Shown: piece by piece, positions 61,703-64,000 of the stretch
How positions within the stretch are numbered: the stretch's first letter is position 1
Layout: every line of letters begins with the position of its first letter
The notes under the pieces: model-generated
The model's input: only the letters and a program-made list of their open reading frames with translations
Databases searched by the model: none
Told to the model about the DNA's origin: nothing
From: Bugula neritina
Lineage: Eukaryota; Animalia; Bryozoa
Assembly (NCBI GenBank): GCA_964035545.1
Contig: OZ037767.1
Span: 16,735,581 to 16,799,580 of the forward strand
DNA: 64,000 bases
Direction of reading: 5' to 3'
Translations under genes and position numbers: made by a program

Positions 61703-64000
61703 ATGAGCTCTCGCAGAGCAAGAATATCTATTAAACCAAACGTTTCTCGGGGAGCAAGGGGTTCCGCTGTTCCTCCAGCTGTTCCTGCCTCAGCTTCTCT
61801 CTCTACCGCAGCAGGTTAGGGCTTTAGTTTCTCACCTGTAGTAAAACAACCTGTTTAACATTCTTAGCATGAATAGTTTTTTCAGTTTTCTGTTTTGCTT
61901 ATGGCAAATTTTAATTGAAAGTTATGTGGACTACTTTTTTTGTGCTTTTAAACTTTTAAACTGCGACTGGTTAGTAGCTTTGGGCTTTAGTCTCTGAGAG
62001 AATTGGTGATGATTTACTGTTTGAATTTGCATATAGTTGATGGAGAAGTAAGCTCTGCAAACACTCAGTCTAATAATAACGAGGTGAATGGACATGAAGG
62101 CAATGTCAAGGTCAATGTGAGTGAAGTCAAGGTCAAGGAGAGTGAAAGCAAGGTCAATGAGAGTAATGTCAAGGCCAAGGAGAGTGAAGGCAATGTCAAG
62201 GTCAATGAGAGCCAGCCTGTTAATGAGCCGAACACTGCACCTGTCGTCAAAGATCCGGAAATGCCCAAGAAACGTGAGTTCCTTTGCTGTCAGCAGCCAA
62301 GACTGCAGTTAAGTAGTCAATATAGTCAGTAGTGTGATGCTTTTTAATTTTAATACAAAGTTTTTTTTACCTGATTTGTTAGGTTTATCAACTCATGCAT
62401 TGCATATTGCTCAATCTCTTTTATTATTATTTGATTAGCCCCGGCAAGGCGAGCTAAAATACAAGTCCGGCCTTCTCTGATCAGAAAACCACGTCAAGCT
62501 GCTGCAACCACTGCTACAGCTGAACAGGAAAGTGGCATTGCTACTGCATCTTCACATGAGTGTGATACAACATCTGCTGGTGACAATGTTACTGCGTCTT
62601 CACATGACATTGATGAAGTGTTACCTGATAACATCATTACACCTTCACCAAGTCTTGGTATTGTGTCACCACCACAGAAGAGTGATATTGCTTCTTCCCA
62701 AAAGTCTCCTGATGAAGGCCAGATTAAGGTCAGTGGTGTATCTTTTACTTACATTTGAGTTTTATATGAAATTTGAAACTTGTAGTTTTAACACAAGTTT
62801 GGATATTTCTTGTTTTGTTAAACTTATTAGCATTTATCCTTGAGATGTCAAGAGTCTGAAGTATACAAGATATGTTGTATCTGTGCATTGTTAGGGGTCT
62901 AGTTCCAATCTCTCGACCTCCAATCTGGTCTCACACGTTGCCCCGCCCGCTGAAGGAGGAGCTCACACTGAAGGAACTGAGGCTGAGTTGGTCAAGACTC
63001 GCCAGTTTAAACCCAAAACTAAACCCAACATCGCCGAGGCAGGGAGGGCTAGGATGAGGCGACTCAGTGAATCTCTAGACTTGTCTCCCCTCTCTCCCTA
63101 TTCCAGGTATTCCTGCAGTGCTAAGGCTAAGACTCTACACGAAATTGTTAGTGAATGTACTGGGTGGGCCAAGGTTCTTTTTTCAATCTTGGTTAATTTC
63201 CTATGTTTTTTCTTAATAATTTAGCTAATTTTTTGATTTTCGGAAGGTCAAAGAAAACTGTAACCTTCCGCAAATTAAAATTAAATAAATAATTAAGAAA
63301 AACATAGGAAATCAAGCGGAATTAGAAAGAACATTGATTATTTAGGTGTATTTGTTGATATTTTCTTAGTTTTTGGCAAAAACCCATATATACATTAGCA
63401 GCTAAGTTGTGAAAAATAGCTAAAAACTGAAGATTTCGAGTGTATACTAAATTAAGTAAAATGACCCAAGTAGTAAATTATTTGCTCTCTGTTGCAGGAG
63501 ACACAGGCACCCGTCGACTTCAATCTCTATTGACCCGTCGACCTCTAGTATTAAAGTTGTCCCCCTTGCATCTGTCGGCTCCACTCAGCTGTCCTCTGCA
63601 GGTTTAGACACTTTTCTTACCTCTTACCCTGTTGGTGGAATTAAACAGTATTTTGTGCCGAACTTTTTTATTGGCCGTTGAAATATTTTCAGTTTCAAAC
63701 TTACCAGAAGAAGAAATCTAAATATTGAATTCTTCTACTTTATGATAGCTTTGTTCACTTGAGCCCAGCAAGTAAATGTACTGGTATTTAGTTTACAGTT
63801 CCTCAGTGAATGTTTCGTTCTATGAATCTTTAAGCAATCTTATATCTCGACTACTCTGTGTTTGTAATACCTAAATTTTGCTTTGTTTTTGTGATTTTGT
63901 AATAAAAAATAGCTTAATGGAACTATAAGAATATGATTAAATGATAAAATAAAGTAATTCATTTGTAGAGATGGAAACAGACTCATCAAAACAGGTTCAG
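61703..64000 (+). CDS. BDP1: BDP1-like (TFIIIB B'' subunit), 5' portion only; runs off the window end
   Basis: MSSRRARISIKPNVSRG resembles the BDP1 N-terminus (RRARLSVKPNV). Related motifs PARRAKIQVRPSL and RQFKPKTKPNI occur in later exons (approx. 61703-61813, 62038-62273, 62439-62728, 62895-63106, 63498-63601, 63969-). The SANT domain is not in the window. Confidence 0.62.

Overview
Eukaryotic, AT-rich, gene-dense animal DNA. The compact invertebrate architecture suggests a lophotrochozoan such as a bryozoan, which is inference only. I reconstructed 11 spliced protein-coding genes by hand: FBXO28(-), WDR26(+), KIF23/MKLP1(-), vasohibin(+), two tandem paralogous orphan single-pass membrane proteins(+), SF3B5(-), AHSA1(+), a divergent iRhom-like pseudoprotease(-), GATB(-) and the 5' part of a BDP1-like gene(+). 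Eight of them form four head-to-head pairs. Mobile elements are a 5'-truncated CR1/L2-type LINE, a hAT-type MITE with an 8-bp TSD and two tRNA-derived SINE-like relics. The most striking structure is that roughly 30 introns each carry their own unrelated tandem array (4-37 bp units), and most arrays start at a splice junction and multiply the splicing signals themselves: exon end plus GT donor, TACTAAC branch point, or pyrimidine tract plus AG. Promoter-proximal first introns instead carry a distinct degenerate ~6-nt periodic sequence. WDR26 appears to start at a CUG codon, giving an NLS-bearing N-terminal extension. Most long ORFs in the supplied track are translations of these repeats. Exon coordinates were read by eye and may be off by a few nt.
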